A DNA stretch of 64,000 nt, from NCBI GenBank assembly GCA_049512075.1, contig JBEKXL010000008.1, positions 1 to 64,000 on the forward strand. The letters are read 5' to 3'. The stretch is from Candidatus Bathyarchaeia archaeon (GTDB taxonomy: Archaea; Thermoproteota; Bathyarchaeia; Bathyarchaeales; Bathycorpusculaceae). This document shows, in pieces, positions 49,870-59,859 of this stretch. The notes under the pieces were generated by a model. That model ran no database searches, was not told the DNA's origin, and was given only the letters and a program-made list of their open reading frames with translations. The position numbers were made by a program, and so were the translations under genes. Within the stretch, counting starts at the first letter, position 1; every line of letters starts with the position of its first letter.

Positions 49870-52800
49870 TTCTTCTTCTCCTTTTTCTCGAATGTCGACA
49901 TGAACAGCTCAACCAACCCTGTGCCAATCGGTATTGACTGGCCGACTATTACGTTTTCGGTCACTCCCGCCAGAGGGTCGCTTTCACCCTTAACGGCTGC
50001 TTCAACGATGTTTGGAACCGTGATTTCAAATGCGGCTCTGGCCAAGACACTTGATTTCTTTCCGCTTATCCCGTGTCTGCCTATCTGTTGCACCTCGCCA
50101 GTGGACGTCATCATGTCTGCAACGAGCATCACGTGCCGGTTGTCCACGTCTAATCCTTGTTCTTCCAGGACGCCTTTAGCTTCGTGAACCAAAGCGTTCC
50201 TGGAAGCTTCAATCCCGATGGTCTTGGCGATTTCATGCACGTTGTTCGTCGTCGTCCTTGAAGTGTCTACGCCGGGAACTTCCAGAACCTTGGGCAGGTT
50301 TGAGCCGTCGGTGTTGATGACCCATTCTCCATGTTCCTCGCTGACGAGTACGCGTTTTATGCCGGGCACTCCTTTAACGTGGAACACAGAGACTTTGCCG
50401 AGCAGTTTCCTGATTGTTTCGACCTTCTTGGGCTGTATGAGTATGCTGTTTCCCTTTGCCTTCGTCGTGGCGTTGGGTATTTGCAGTCTGTCCTTCAGCT
50501 CCTGCATCGTTATCGCACGATCATCCATCATGATCTTGTTAGGTTCAATCACTATCTCGTCATGCACTGGATCTATGTATACTGCTTCAGCCACGTTTTC
50601 CAGCGTAGTATAGATTATGTCGCGGGCAATCCTAACTGCAGCGTCTCGGCTCTTTCTGTATTCTGGACTTAGGTAAATCGTCATTACAGGCGTTGACGGA
50701 ATTCTTCTAGCGTCAACTATTTCAATCAGTCTTGGCAAACCCAGAGTCACGTTCTGCTCCTTGACTCCGGCGTAGTGGAATGTCCTCAGCGTCATCTGAG
50801 TTCCTGGTTCGCCGATTGACTGTGCAGCGACGATGCCCACAGCCTCACCTGGCTCCATCAGAGCGCGCTTGTAGCGGTCGACAGTCAACCTGATTGCTTT
50901 CTCAACGCTTGCCGTGCTCAGTTTGTACTTGGTCAGGTTCTGCTTGAGCTCATCCTTGAGAATAGGCGTGAGTTGCTCTTCAACTTTCTCCAACTCTTTT
51001 CTGATGAATTCAGCGGATGCCGGTTTTCCTTTCTCCTTGGCGATTCTGATTTGGTCAACCAGACGGGTTACGTTCACCGCTTTGCCATGGTCGCTCTTGG
51101 CCGGGTCAACGCCATCTTCCCCGTATTGGAATTGAATTATGTCGCCTGTTGAGTTTCTCACTGTCGCATCGTATTCCAAACGTATGTGCTCAAGCGCGTT
51201 GATGAGTCTTCTTTGCATGTAACCGCTCTGCTGAGTTCTGACGGCTGTGTCCACCAAACCTTCTCTTCCGCCCATAGCGTGGAAGAAAAACTCGATGACA
51301 TCGAGACCGTGCTGATATGACGAGTAAACGAAGCCCCTCGCCTTTGGACGTTGATCTCCTGCCTGAAAATGCGGCAAAGCACGATCGACGTATCCTCGCA
51401 GAATTCGTTTTCCACGTACCGCCTGCTGTCCGACGCACGCGCTTATCTGACCGATGTTCAGGCTGGAACCCCTTGCACCTGTCCGCGTCATTACTATGCC
51501 CGAGTTGTCCAAAGTGAAGTCCTCATCTGCTATTTTGCCGGATTCGTCTCTTGCTTTTGCCAGCTCGTTCATCACGTATATCTCGAAAGAGTCTTCGATT
51601 GTTTGGCCTGGAAGCCTCGGTAGCGTGCCTCTGCGATAGCTCTCAATCAATTCCTCTATTCTCTTCTCGATCCTTTCCATAGTTTTCGCTATTCTGTCCT
51701 CAGCCTTCTGGGAAAGCACCAGCTCGTCGTATGAATAGGTGAAACCTCGCATTGATATGAATACCTTCAACATTCGGGTTATCTTGTTAAGAAACTCTCT
51801 TCCAGCTTCGGTTCCATAATCCTTTATTATCCTATGGAATAGACTTTCAGATTGCTCAGCCCCTATTGAACGCCTGTCTATGACCCCACTCACTAGTTCA
51901 CCGTTCCTCACGACCACGTAGGCATCGTACTCACATTCTTCTTCCAAGCATTTTGCGCATCCTTGGCAGATGTTTGCTTTCAGAATGTAGTTCATGTCCT
52001 TGGGTAGGAACAGGCTGAAAATCTGTTTTCCGCTCCAAAGTGGTTGAGGCGTCTTGACTTTTGGTTCTGGCATTGGACCTTCGTATTTCGCTGACAGCAA
52101 CAGCTTGTTGACTTCGTTTCGTGTCACGTAGTTTGATTTTCTCGTGAACAGGTACGCGGAAGTTATGAAATCTCTTATCGCACCTATTATTGGACCTCCG
52201 AACCTGGGTGACAGAATCTGGTCCTGAACTTGCATTAGCAGAAGTGCCTCTGTTCTTGCTTCCTCGCTTTGCGGTACGTGCAGGTTCATTTCGTCTCCGT
52301 CGAAGTCCGCGTTGTACGGTGGGCAGACGCACAGATGCAGACGGAACGTCTTGTAGGGTAGTACGCGCACGTAATGGGCCATTATTGACATGCGGTGGAG
52401 TGAAGGTTGACGGTTGAAAATGGCGGTGTCACCATTTCTAAGATGTCTTTCTACAACGAAGCCAAGTTCAATGGCCTCAGCGATCTTTTCCCTGTCGACC
52501 ACGAACTCAAGCCTTATCCGTTTGCCGTCTGGCCTGATTATGTAAAGGGCGCCGGGGTACTTTTCAGGCCCGTTGGCGACGAGTTTCCGCATCTCTTCAA
52601 TGTTCCATTCAGTAACCTTCTGTGGAACGGACAAACGCATGGCAACTTCCAGCGGGACACCAACTTCATTTATGTCGAGGTTCGGATCAGGAGAAACCAC
52701 TGTCCGAGCTGAGAAATCCACTCTTTTTCCCGAAAGGTTGCTCCTGAACCTTCCTTCCTTTCCCTTCAGTCTCTGTGAGAGAGTCTTTAGTGCTCGTCCA

Positions 52801-53687
52801 GAACGGTGTCTCGCCGGCGGTATTCCCGAGGCTTCGTTGTTGAAGTAGGTTGTCACATGGTACTGCAAGAGCTCTGATAGATCTTGGATTATGAGCGTTG
52901 GAGCACCTGCATCCATGTTTTCCTTCAGTCTCTGATTGATTCGAATTATGTCTACAAGTTTGTGCGTCAGGTCGTCCTCTGAACGGATGCCTGATTCCAG
53001 CGTTATTGATGGGCGAACGTAGACGGGAGGAACTGGCAGAACTTGCAGAACCATCCATTCCGGCCTAGCAGTTTCGGGATTGAAGCCCAAGAGCTGAAGA
53101 TCCTCGTTGGGTATACGCTCCATTCTCTCCCGCACCATGCTTGGAGTCAATGATTCTGAACCGCTTTCTGGGATTTGCTCGCTGAACTTCGTGGGCTTCT
53201 CGAAAGTTATCTTGAGCTGCACACCCGCGCAGTGAGGACATTGCTTCCTCTTTGTCTCTTGCATAATCGTTTTGTAAACCTCATCCGGAACCAGACCCAG
53301 AAGTTCCCGAGTTTTTTCAATCCTTACTTGAACTTTCTTGATGGTTTCATCAGGAAGCAGGATGCGCCCGCAGTTTCGACAAGTGGACTTGAGGAGATCG
53401 AATATTATCTTGGTGAATTCTATGTGTATTATCGGAACCGCGAGTTCTATGTGGCCGAAATGGCCGGGACAGCGAATCGCCGTGTTGCCGCACGTCTTAC
53501 ATCTCTGTCTTGGCTCGAGGGTTCCAAGTCTTCCGTCCATCAGTCCAGCCGTGATTGGCGCACCGTCTTCGTCGTAAGTGTCAGGTGTTTGAATCTCCAC
53601 GACTGAAAGCTTGCGCACGTCTTGAGGCGAAAACATGCCGAAGTTGATCTCGTCTACGACCTTTTGGATTATTTCTTCAACAGCCAT
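49866..53687 (-). CDS. rpo1: RNA polymerase largest subunit, A'+A'' fused (Rpo1)
   Basis: CPGHFGHIEL, NADFDGDEMN, EPGTQMTLRTFH in a single 1273-aa ORF. Confidence 0.98.
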   Translation of the reverse strand: MAVEEIIQKVVDEINFGMFSPQDVRKLSVVEIQTPDTYDEDGAPITAGLMDGRLGTLEPRQRCKTCGNTAIRCPGHFGHIELAVPIIHIEFTKIIFDLLKSTCRNCGRILLPDETIKKVQVRIEKTRELLGLVPDEVYKTIMQETKRKQCPHCAGVQLKITFEKPTKFSEQIPESGSESLTPSMVRERMERIPNEDLQLLGFNPETARPEWMVLQVLPVPPVYVRPSITLESGIRSEDDLTHKLVDIIRINQRLKENMDAGAPTLIIQDLSELLQYHVTTYFNNEASGIPPARHRSGRALKTLSQRLKGKEGRFRSNLSGKRVDFSARTVVSPDPNLDINEVGVPLEVAMRLSVPQKVTEWNIEEMRKLVANGPEKYPGALYIIRPDGKRIRLEFVVDREKIAEAIELGFVVERHLRNGDTAIFNRQPSLHRMSIMAHYVRVLPYKTFRLHLCVCPPYNADFDGDEMNLHVPQSEEARTEALLLMQVQDQILSPRFGGPIIGAIRDFITSAYLFTRKSNYVTRNEVNKLLLSAKYEGPMPEPKVKTPQPLWSGKQIFSLFLPKDMNYILKANICQGCAKCLEEECEYDAYVVVRNGELVSGVIDRRSIGAEQSESLFHRIIKDYGTEAGREFLNKITRMLKVFISMRGFTYSYDELVLSQKAEDRIAKTMERIEKRIEELIESYRRGTLPRLPGQTIEDSFEIYVMNELAKARDESGKIADEDFTLDNSGIVMTRTGARGSSLNIGQISACVGQQAVRGKRILRGYVDRALPHFQAGDQRPKARGFVYSSYQHGLDVIEFFFHAMGGREGLVDTAVRTQQSGYMQRRLINALEHIRLEYDATVRNSTGDIIQFQYGEDGVDPAKSDHGKAVNVTRLVDQIRIAKEKGKPASAEFIRKELEKVEEQLTPILKDELKQNLTKYKLSTASVEKAIRLTVDRYKRALMEPGEAVGIVAAQSIGEPGTQMTLRTFHYAGVKEQNVTLGLPRLIEIVDARRIPSTPVMTIYLSPEYRKSRDAAVRIARDIIYTTLENVAEAVYIDPVHDEIVIEPNKIMMDDRAITMQELKDRLQIPNATTKAKGNSILIQPKKVETIRKLLGKVSVFHVKGVPGIKRVLVSEEHGEWVINTDGSNLPKVLEVPGVDTSRTTTNNVHEIAKTIGIEASRNALVHEAKGVLEEQGLDVDNRHVMLVADMMTSTGEVQQIGRHGISGKKSSVLARAAFEITVPNIVEAAVKGESDPLAGVTENVIVGQSIPIGTGLVELFMSTFEKKEKKK

Positions 53688-53688
53688 T

Positions 53689-56600
53689 TTACGCTTTCTC
53701 CTTGAGCTTCAGTTTGGGCGATATGCAAAGGCTCATCAACTCTTGCAGCAGAAGCTTGAACGCGTACGAGACCACCACTGGAGAAATTTTCGATTTATCT
53801 TCGCAGAGTTTGCACACGTACTTTCTCTGTTTCATGTCGTAATAGGCTATGTGCCCGCAGCTTTCGCATATGTAAAGAGTGTACTTGTCCGATTCCTCCA
53901 GCAGTCTGTCCCTCAGAAGCATAGCGGCTCCGTGACCGATAAGACAGTCGCGTTCCATTTCACCGAACCTTAGACCTCCGCCTCTAGCTCTTCCCTCCGT
54001 GGGCTGCCTTGTCAGCATCTGAACCTGCCCTCTGGCCCTTGCATGAATCTTGTCGGCAACCATGTGATGCAGCTTCTGGTAATGTATTACTCCGACGTAA
54101 ATGTCCGCAACGAACTTTTCGCCTGTTACGCCGCTGTAGAAGACTTCGGCGCCAGTGTTGCTGTAGCCCAGCTTGACGAGTTCTTTTCTGAGTGCGTCGG
54201 GCGTTTCATTCGAGAAGGGAGTTCCGTCGACGGGGCTGCCTCTCATGGATGCCACCTTTCCAGCGAGCGATTCAATGAACTGGCCAACGGTCATCCTTGA
54301 GGGGATAGCGTGCGGGTTGACTATTATGTCCGGAACTATGCCATCCTCCGTGAATGGCATGTCTTCCTGAGGAACTATCAAGCCGATGACACCTTTCTGT
54401 CCGTGTCGAGAAGCAAACTTGTCGCCCAGCTCTGGAACACGTTGGTCACGGACTCTCACCTTGACCAGCTTGCTCCCTTCTCCTGATGCCGTTATGAATA
54501 TAGCGTCAACGATACCCGTTTCTGAAGGACGCATGTCCACCGAAGTGTCGCGCATAGAAGGACCTTTAACCTCGAATTCCTTGTATTCTTCAAGAAACCT
54601 AGGCGGGCTAATTCTGCCGATGAGGACGTCGCCGCCTGCCACTGCTGACTCGAGACCTATTATTCCGTCCGGTTCGAGGAGTCGGTAGTACTGTTCACCC
54701 CTGTATCCACGTGTTCCAGCTTCTGGCAACGTGAACTTGTCCTTCAACCCGCCCAGGTACTGGCGGCACTCGGCCTCATAAATGCGGAAGAAGGTTGAGC
54801 GTCCCAAACCTCTCTCTATCGAGGCTTTGTTGAACACCAATGCGTCTTCCATGTTGTACCCTTCATACGACAGAACAGCCACAACACAGTTCTGGCCGGA
54901 CGGCCGGAGCTTGTAGCCCATCGTCTCCATCAGAGCCGTCTCGGCTAGGGGCAGTTGCGGATAGTGTAGAATGTGTGAACGCGAGTCCACGCGTTGCTGA
55001 AAGTTTGTCGCGTAAACTCCTAGGGCTTGCTTTGCCATTGCGGCTTGGTAGGAATTGCGTGGTGATTGGTTGTGTTCTGCGTAGGGGATGGTTGAGGCAC
55101 AAATGCCGAGAATCGTGTACATTGCAATTTCCATGTGTGTGTGTGCAGGGGTTAGCTCTTCAGGGCCTAAGGCGATGTAGGCGTTTTCCTCTTCCTCAGC
55201 GTCTATGTACTCTATTATGCCGTTTTTGATTAGATCTTCCCATGCCCATTCGCCGGAAGCTATCTTTTCGACGTGCTCGGGTCGGAGTTTGGGAACGCCG
55301 TTTTCAACTATTATGAGAGGCCGTCTGACCCTTCCTTCGTCACAGTTTACATACAGTTCCTCTCTTTCGCCCTGGGCTTTTGTGAAATAAGCCACGTTGA
55401 CTTCGGTCGATATTTCTCCCCTTCTCCTCCGTTCAACGAGTTCCCGAGCTAATTCGGCGGGTGAGCTGAAATATCCAATTATGTCTCCGTCAACGAAGAC
55501 TTTTGAACCGGAGAGTCTTAAGGTTTCATCTGCCTCTGGTACCGCCTGAGTGCCAGAACTGAACAGCAGTTGCTTTATCTTATCGGGGTTTATGCCCACC
55601 GAGATAGTCGCGCACAATGCTAGATTCTTGACTAGGCCACAGTTTGAGCCTTCAGGCGTCTCGTTGGGGCACAAGCGACCCCAGTGGGTTGCGTGCAGGT
55701 CTCTTGCCTCGAAGTTCGGTTGACTTCTGCTCAACGGTGACTGCAGCCTGCGCAGGTGGCTCAGAGTGGAAATGTGGTTCGTCCTATCCAAGAGTTGAGT
55801 TATGCCAACTCTTCCTCTTCCCCAGTTTCCCGTTGCAAGCGAGTGTTGAAATCTTTCAGAAATTATTCCTGGGCGCACAGCCGCTGAAACAGTTATTATC
55901 GGCCCCTTCACGCCGATGCGTTCGAGCTGATATTTGATGTCGCGCGTGAGGTTTCTGAAGGCCACCCTGAAAAGGTCTGCGAGCAAAGGCCCTGCAAGCC
56001 TCAGTCGCTTGTTCTTGAAGTGGTCCTTGTCATCAGTTTTTCGCCTTTCAAGCTGCAGTTCAATTGCTCTGCACGCCATCTCGCTCAAGAACAAGGCCTT
56101 GTCTCTTCTGCTCTGGTCTGTCCTGCCTATATGCGGCAGAAAGTTTTTGTCTATTGCGGTTGCAGCTTTCTGGACACGGTATTCTTCCACTTGCCCGTGT
56201 GCCACACGATTCCCTATGAACAGGATCGCGTCTTTTGCGGTGTCCACTCCTAAGGCTTTTTCGTAGGAAGGCTCCAAAGGGGTCTGTACATCCTTGTCCA
56301 GAGAAATTGATTCTGCGATCTCTTTGTCTGATTCCAGTCCCAGGGCACGCATCAACACGACGAACGGGATTTCCGAGGGTACTCCTGGAATTGAAACGTA
56401 TATCGCCCCGTCGGACTTTATCTTCAATTCAATCCTTGCCCTGAAACCCACCGTTGTTGAGAATATCTTTGATTGATATACCGGCGTTGTACCTTTTTCG
56501 TCAATGTCCACGATTATGCGGTTCGGCGCCAGATCTTCCATGGCTACTATCACGCGTTCGGAACCGTTAACCACGAAGTAGCCGCCTGGGTCATCGGGAT

Positions 56601-57054
56601 CTTCTCCGCATGCTATCAGTTCTTCTCTTGAAAGTTGAGACAAGAAGCACAGTTTCGACTTGAGCATTACAGGAATGTTTCCGATATAGACGAGTTCAGT
56701 GTCTTGTTCCCTGCCGTCTATGACAGGGGTCATTTCGAGGGCTACGGGCGCGGCGTAGGTCAGATTTCGCAGTCTTGCCTCCATTGGGTAGATTTCATGT
56801 TTTGTGCCGTCTACTTCTGTCGCGTACGGTCCAGTTATTCTGGTCTGAGGGTCTATGATCCAAATCTGGCCCAGCTTGACCTTGTAGGGGCTCTCGGGAA
56901 CTTCTATCGGGATTTCGCCTATTTCGTCGATGACTTCTTGAAGGCCACGGTCGATAAACTCATTATAAGAGTCCAGATGTTGGCGAACCAGGCCTTTGTC
57001 CTTGAAGAAGGCGTTCAAGAGTAAGTGTGTGTCTTCTTTCGATACTTCAACCAT
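53689..57054 (-). CDS. rpo2: RNA polymerase subunit B (Rpo2, unsplit)
   Basis: ETPEGSNCGL, GDKFASRHGQKG, GGLRFGEMERD. Confidence 0.98.
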   Translation of the reverse strand: MVEVSKEDTHLLLNAFFKDKGLVRQHLDSYNEFIDRGLQEVIDEIGEIPIEVPESPYKVKLGQIWIIDPQTRITGPYATEVDGTKHEIYPMEARLRNLTYAAPVALEMTPVIDGREQDTELVYIGNIPVMLKSKLCFLSQLSREELIACGEDPDDPGGYFVVNGSERVIVAMEDLAPNRIIVDIDEKGTTPVYQSKIFSTTVGFRARIELKIKSDGAIYVSIPGVPSEIPFVVLMRALGLESDKEIAESISLDKDVQTPLEPSYEKALGVDTAKDAILFIGNRVAHGQVEEYRVQKAATAIDKNFLPHIGRTDQSRRDKALFLSEMACRAIELQLERRKTDDKDHFKNKRLRLAGPLLADLFRVAFRNLTRDIKYQLERIGVKGPIITVSAAVRPGIISERFQHSLATGNWGRGRVGITQLLDRTNHISTLSHLRRLQSPLSRSQPNFEARDLHATHWGRLCPNETPEGSNCGLVKNLALCATISVGINPDKIKQLLFSSGTQAVPEADETLRLSGSKVFVDGDIIGYFSSPAELARELVERRRRGEISTEVNVAYFTKAQGEREELYVNCDEGRVRRPLIIVENGVPKLRPEHVEKIASGEWAWEDLIKNGIIEYIDAEEEENAYIALGPEELTPAHTHMEIAMYTILGICASTIPYAEHNQSPRNSYQAAMAKQALGVYATNFQQRVDSRSHILHYPQLPLAETALMETMGYKLRPSGQNCVVAVLSYEGYNMEDALVFNKASIERGLGRSTFFRIYEAECRQYLGGLKDKFTLPEAGTRGYRGEQYYRLLEPDGIIGLESAVAGGDVLIGRISPPRFLEEYKEFEVKGPSMRDTSVDMRPSETGIVDAIFITASGEGSKLVKVRVRDQRVPELGDKFASRHGQKGVIGLIVPQEDMPFTEDGIVPDIIVNPHAIPSRMTVGQFIESLAGKVASMRGSPVDGTPFSNETPDALRKELVKLGYSNTGAEVFYSGVTGEKFVADIYVGVIHYQKLHHMVADKIHARARGQVQMLTRQPTEGRARGGGLRFGEMERDCLIGHGAAMLLRDRLLEESDKYTLYICESCGHIAYYDMKQRKYVCKLCEDKSKISPVVVSYAFKLLLQELMSLCISPKLKLKEKA

Positions 57055-57272
57055 TTTTAACCATCTCCCGCAACTTCACGTCGGGTATGAATGAACGAGA
57101 TCGTTTCGATGCGGGTTTCCTCAAATTCTTGATTTCCTCCAACTGTTGGGTCATTCCGACTTGAAAAATGGTCACCAATATTTAAGGAGCTAGAAACGTA
57201 ACTTATATGCTGTCTAATAAACTTTTTGTACTTTGTGACGCGTTTCAGTTTGTTCTGTCGGACTGGAAAATC

Positions 57273-57689
57273 ATGGAGACCAATACGAAAAGCATTAGTC
57301 GCCCGCAACACAAGTCATTATGGGAGTTCAAGTTGGAACAGAGATTCAAGGCGACAATCGTGTTGTTAATTCTGAACGGGAAAGTTGAAAAGGCATTGGA
57401 AATTCTCGCCAAAAAACACGGTGTCAGAGTTCCAATCATAGAAGTCGGTCTGCCTAAGAGGAATAAGAGGAAGGCACTGGGATGCTACAACGGCAAGAAG
57501 AGGACGATTTCAGTTCTGAACAGTGACACGTTGAAAGATCCATTCGTAATTCTGCACGAGTTTTACCATCACCTCAGGACGACCGGCGATGCAAAACACC
57601 GGGGAACTGAGAAGTACGCAAATACCTTTGCAAAGGAGTACATAGAGGCGTACAGGTCCATGGCAATTCAAGAAACGGGAAATGATTAA
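57273..57689 (+). CDS. HExxH zincin-like hypothetical protein
   Basis: LGCY...ILHEFYHHL...EKYANTFA. Confidence 0.75.
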   Translation: METNTKSISRPQHKSLWEFKLEQRFKATIVLLILNGKVEKALEILAKKHGVRVPIIEVGLPKRNKRKALGCYNGKKRTISVLNSDTLKDPFVILHEFYHHLRTTGDAKHRGTEKYANTFAKEYIEAYRSMAIQETGND

Positions 57690-57718
57690 TAAGAAAGAGT
57701 AGAAAGTCTCTACTGTGC

Positions 57719-57839
57719 GCAGCGGTAACCAAGCCAGGTCAAAGGTGAAGGACTCAAGATCGGTTTTCTTGGCCTGAAATAGCCCCTATGAGCCATCCTT
57801 TCCCGTAGGGGTTCGCCGGTTCAAATCCGGCCCGCTGCA
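57719..57839 (+). tRNA. tRNA-Leu(CAA) with a 36-nt intron at 37/38 (57759-57794)
   Basis: Acceptor GCAGCGG/CCGCTGC, anticodon arm AAGGA-CTCAAG|A-TCCTT, variable arm CCCGTAGGG, T arm GCCGG-TTCAAAT-CCGGC. Confidence 0.95.
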
Positions 57840-57945
57840 CCTTTTAAGCCAGAATCAAGGTTATTTTGACCAAATAGCCCCTCTAGTCCACCTATTTTTG
57901 TTCTTGGGAAAGTCAACCCTCACTTTTGAGGAGGCTCTAACATTT

Positions 57946-59082
57946 TTAGCAAAGCACTCGTTGACGCTTATCCTTCAGCAGTCTTTTTGTCAACGCAATT
58001 GAAGCGAGCGTCATACTAGGCAGAAGGACGAAGTAAAGGGTCAGTGGATATTCTGGAATCGTCCATTCAACTCCAGTCCATCGCATTATTATTCCGTGCC
58101 CACCAACTATCCAACCTTCGTTGGCATCAACCATGAACACTGAATTAAGAGCAACTGGGCTGGTTGCAGGATTGTTAGGCCAGGTCCATTTGGTGCCATT
58201 CCAATGAGCGACTGGACCTGAAGAATTAACGACCCAAATAGTACCTGTTATGCCCACAATCCAGCCGTCGCTGGGATTCAAAAAGAATACTGACGAATAA
58301 TCACATGTACATGCAACCCCAGCTTTGCCTGTCCATTGAGTACCATCCCACTGAAAGGCAGTTCCCAAATCGCCTACCGCCCACCCATAATCAGTACTAA
58401 GCATACAAACGGATCTAAACGCCGCGGGAGTTGACGAGTTGGGAAATTCACTCCACACTCTCCATTCGATGCCATTCCAATGAATCATTGTTCCCCCGGC
58501 ACCAACTGCCCATCCATCCGTGGAATTCACCATTGCCACGGAAAGAAGATCATCGCCAACCGTTGGAGTCGCAGTTACGTTGATCCAGTTTGAACCAGTC
58601 CAATGGATAATCGTCTCGTTCCATTGCTGTCTACCTTGGACGATGTTCGCAAAAGAATTTCCAACGGCCCATCCATCATCCGCATTTATCATGAAGACAG
58701 AATTCAAGTCAGCGTTCGTTGGACCCGGCATTGGGTTCCAGCTTGTTCCGTTCCATTCAAGTATCAGGCCACTTTGTCCCACAGCCCATCCTTCGCTATC
58801 ATTGAAGAAAAACACTGAATTCAGATCTAGCAATGTTGAACTAGCCACGTTTGACCACTGCACTCCATTCCAATGAATAACCGTCCCACCTGCGCCTACT
58901 GCCCATCCGTCACTCGCATTAATCATAAACACAGAATATAAATCGTTAAGCGTCGGACTGCTCCAATCCAAGATCGCAGGTTGGTCTGACCTCGATAGGG
59001 GCAAAATTGCGCTAAGCAAGGCAAACGCGACCATCACAATAAGAACAGCCTTCAAGGGTGAACACGACAAACACATCACCAT
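57946..59082 (-). CDS. Secreted beta-propeller repeat protein with PEF-CTERM-like anchor
   Basis: About 7 repeats L.SVFM....GWAVG..G.I..W.G..W; C-terminal IPEYP, TM helix and basic tail. Confidence 0.85.
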   Translation of the reverse strand: MVMCLSCSPLKAVLIVMVAFALLSAILPLSRSDQPAILDWSSPTLNDLYSVFMINASDGWAVGAGGTVIHWNGVQWSNVASSTLLDLNSVFFFNDSEGWAVGQSGLILEWNGTSWNPMPGPTNADLNSVFMINADDGWAVGNSFANIVQGRQQWNETIIHWTGSNWINVTATPTVGDDLLSVAMVNSTDGWAVGAGGTMIHWNGIEWRVWSEFPNSSTPAAFRSVCMLSTDYGWAVGDLGTAFQWDGTQWTGKAGVACTCDYSSVFFLNPSDGWIVGITGTIWVVNSSGPVAHWNGTKWTWPNNPATSPVALNSVFMVDANEGWIVGGHGIIMRWTGVEWTIPEYPLTLYFVLLPSMTLASIALTKRLLKDKRQRVLC

Positions 59083-59859
59083 GGGACTTGCTACATGATG
59101 AACGAAGAGTATTTATCTCTTATTAATCTGATTCCTAGCTTCGAATTGTTTGAATAGATTCCCCCTCCCAAATCTTCATGAAAAGCCACATACTCGCGAT
59201 ATCCTCTTGAATAGTAAGCCCCAGTGTTTTCGTCTTCCAGAGATGTTGAAATTGAAGAGAAGGTCTAATTTCATTTACACAGAAATTCTTTCCAATCAAT
59301 TATTATTGGTCGACCAAAATCTACCAAGCAGTTCGGATGACTTCAAAACCGCTATCGTGGAATGCTTTCGATTTACAAGTCGAGTCTTTTAGTTTGCATA
59401 TTCTACCTTCTTTCGGAGCCGGAAGATTTCCATTTATCTAATTATCGATGCTATTAATCGTCGGACAGTCAAGTCAGATTGAACTTCTTGATTTTCGCAA
59501 TTACCAGTAGTCCTCTGTCTGAAAGAAGAAGCGATCATGGTTTCATACCTCACCCAAGAAATGTCTCCACGACCCTCCGAAAATCTATTTCCTTCCCAAG
59601 AAAGTGATTCAAGAAGAGTGTGGGAAGAGATAACTGAAAGCAAGAAAACTGGCAATATCTCATCACTTTCACTCACCTCTCTGTTTCACAAACACTTCCC
59701 GTTTCTTATATGCGCAAACAAGCAAACTGCAGTTGCTGATGAAGCAGATAAACTGACTGCATCATCAGCTAGCCGGGGGTATTCCCTCGGAGGTGCGTCA
59801 CCACCGAGTCCTAAGGGAAGGACAAGAAGAGAACAAGAAAATCATAAGGAAGAAGTGAG

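Noticed and set aside
49866-53687. Fused Rpo1 A'/A'' as a novelty
   Set aside because: Known in Thaumarchaeota, Korarchaeota and related lineages; used only as a taxonomic hint.
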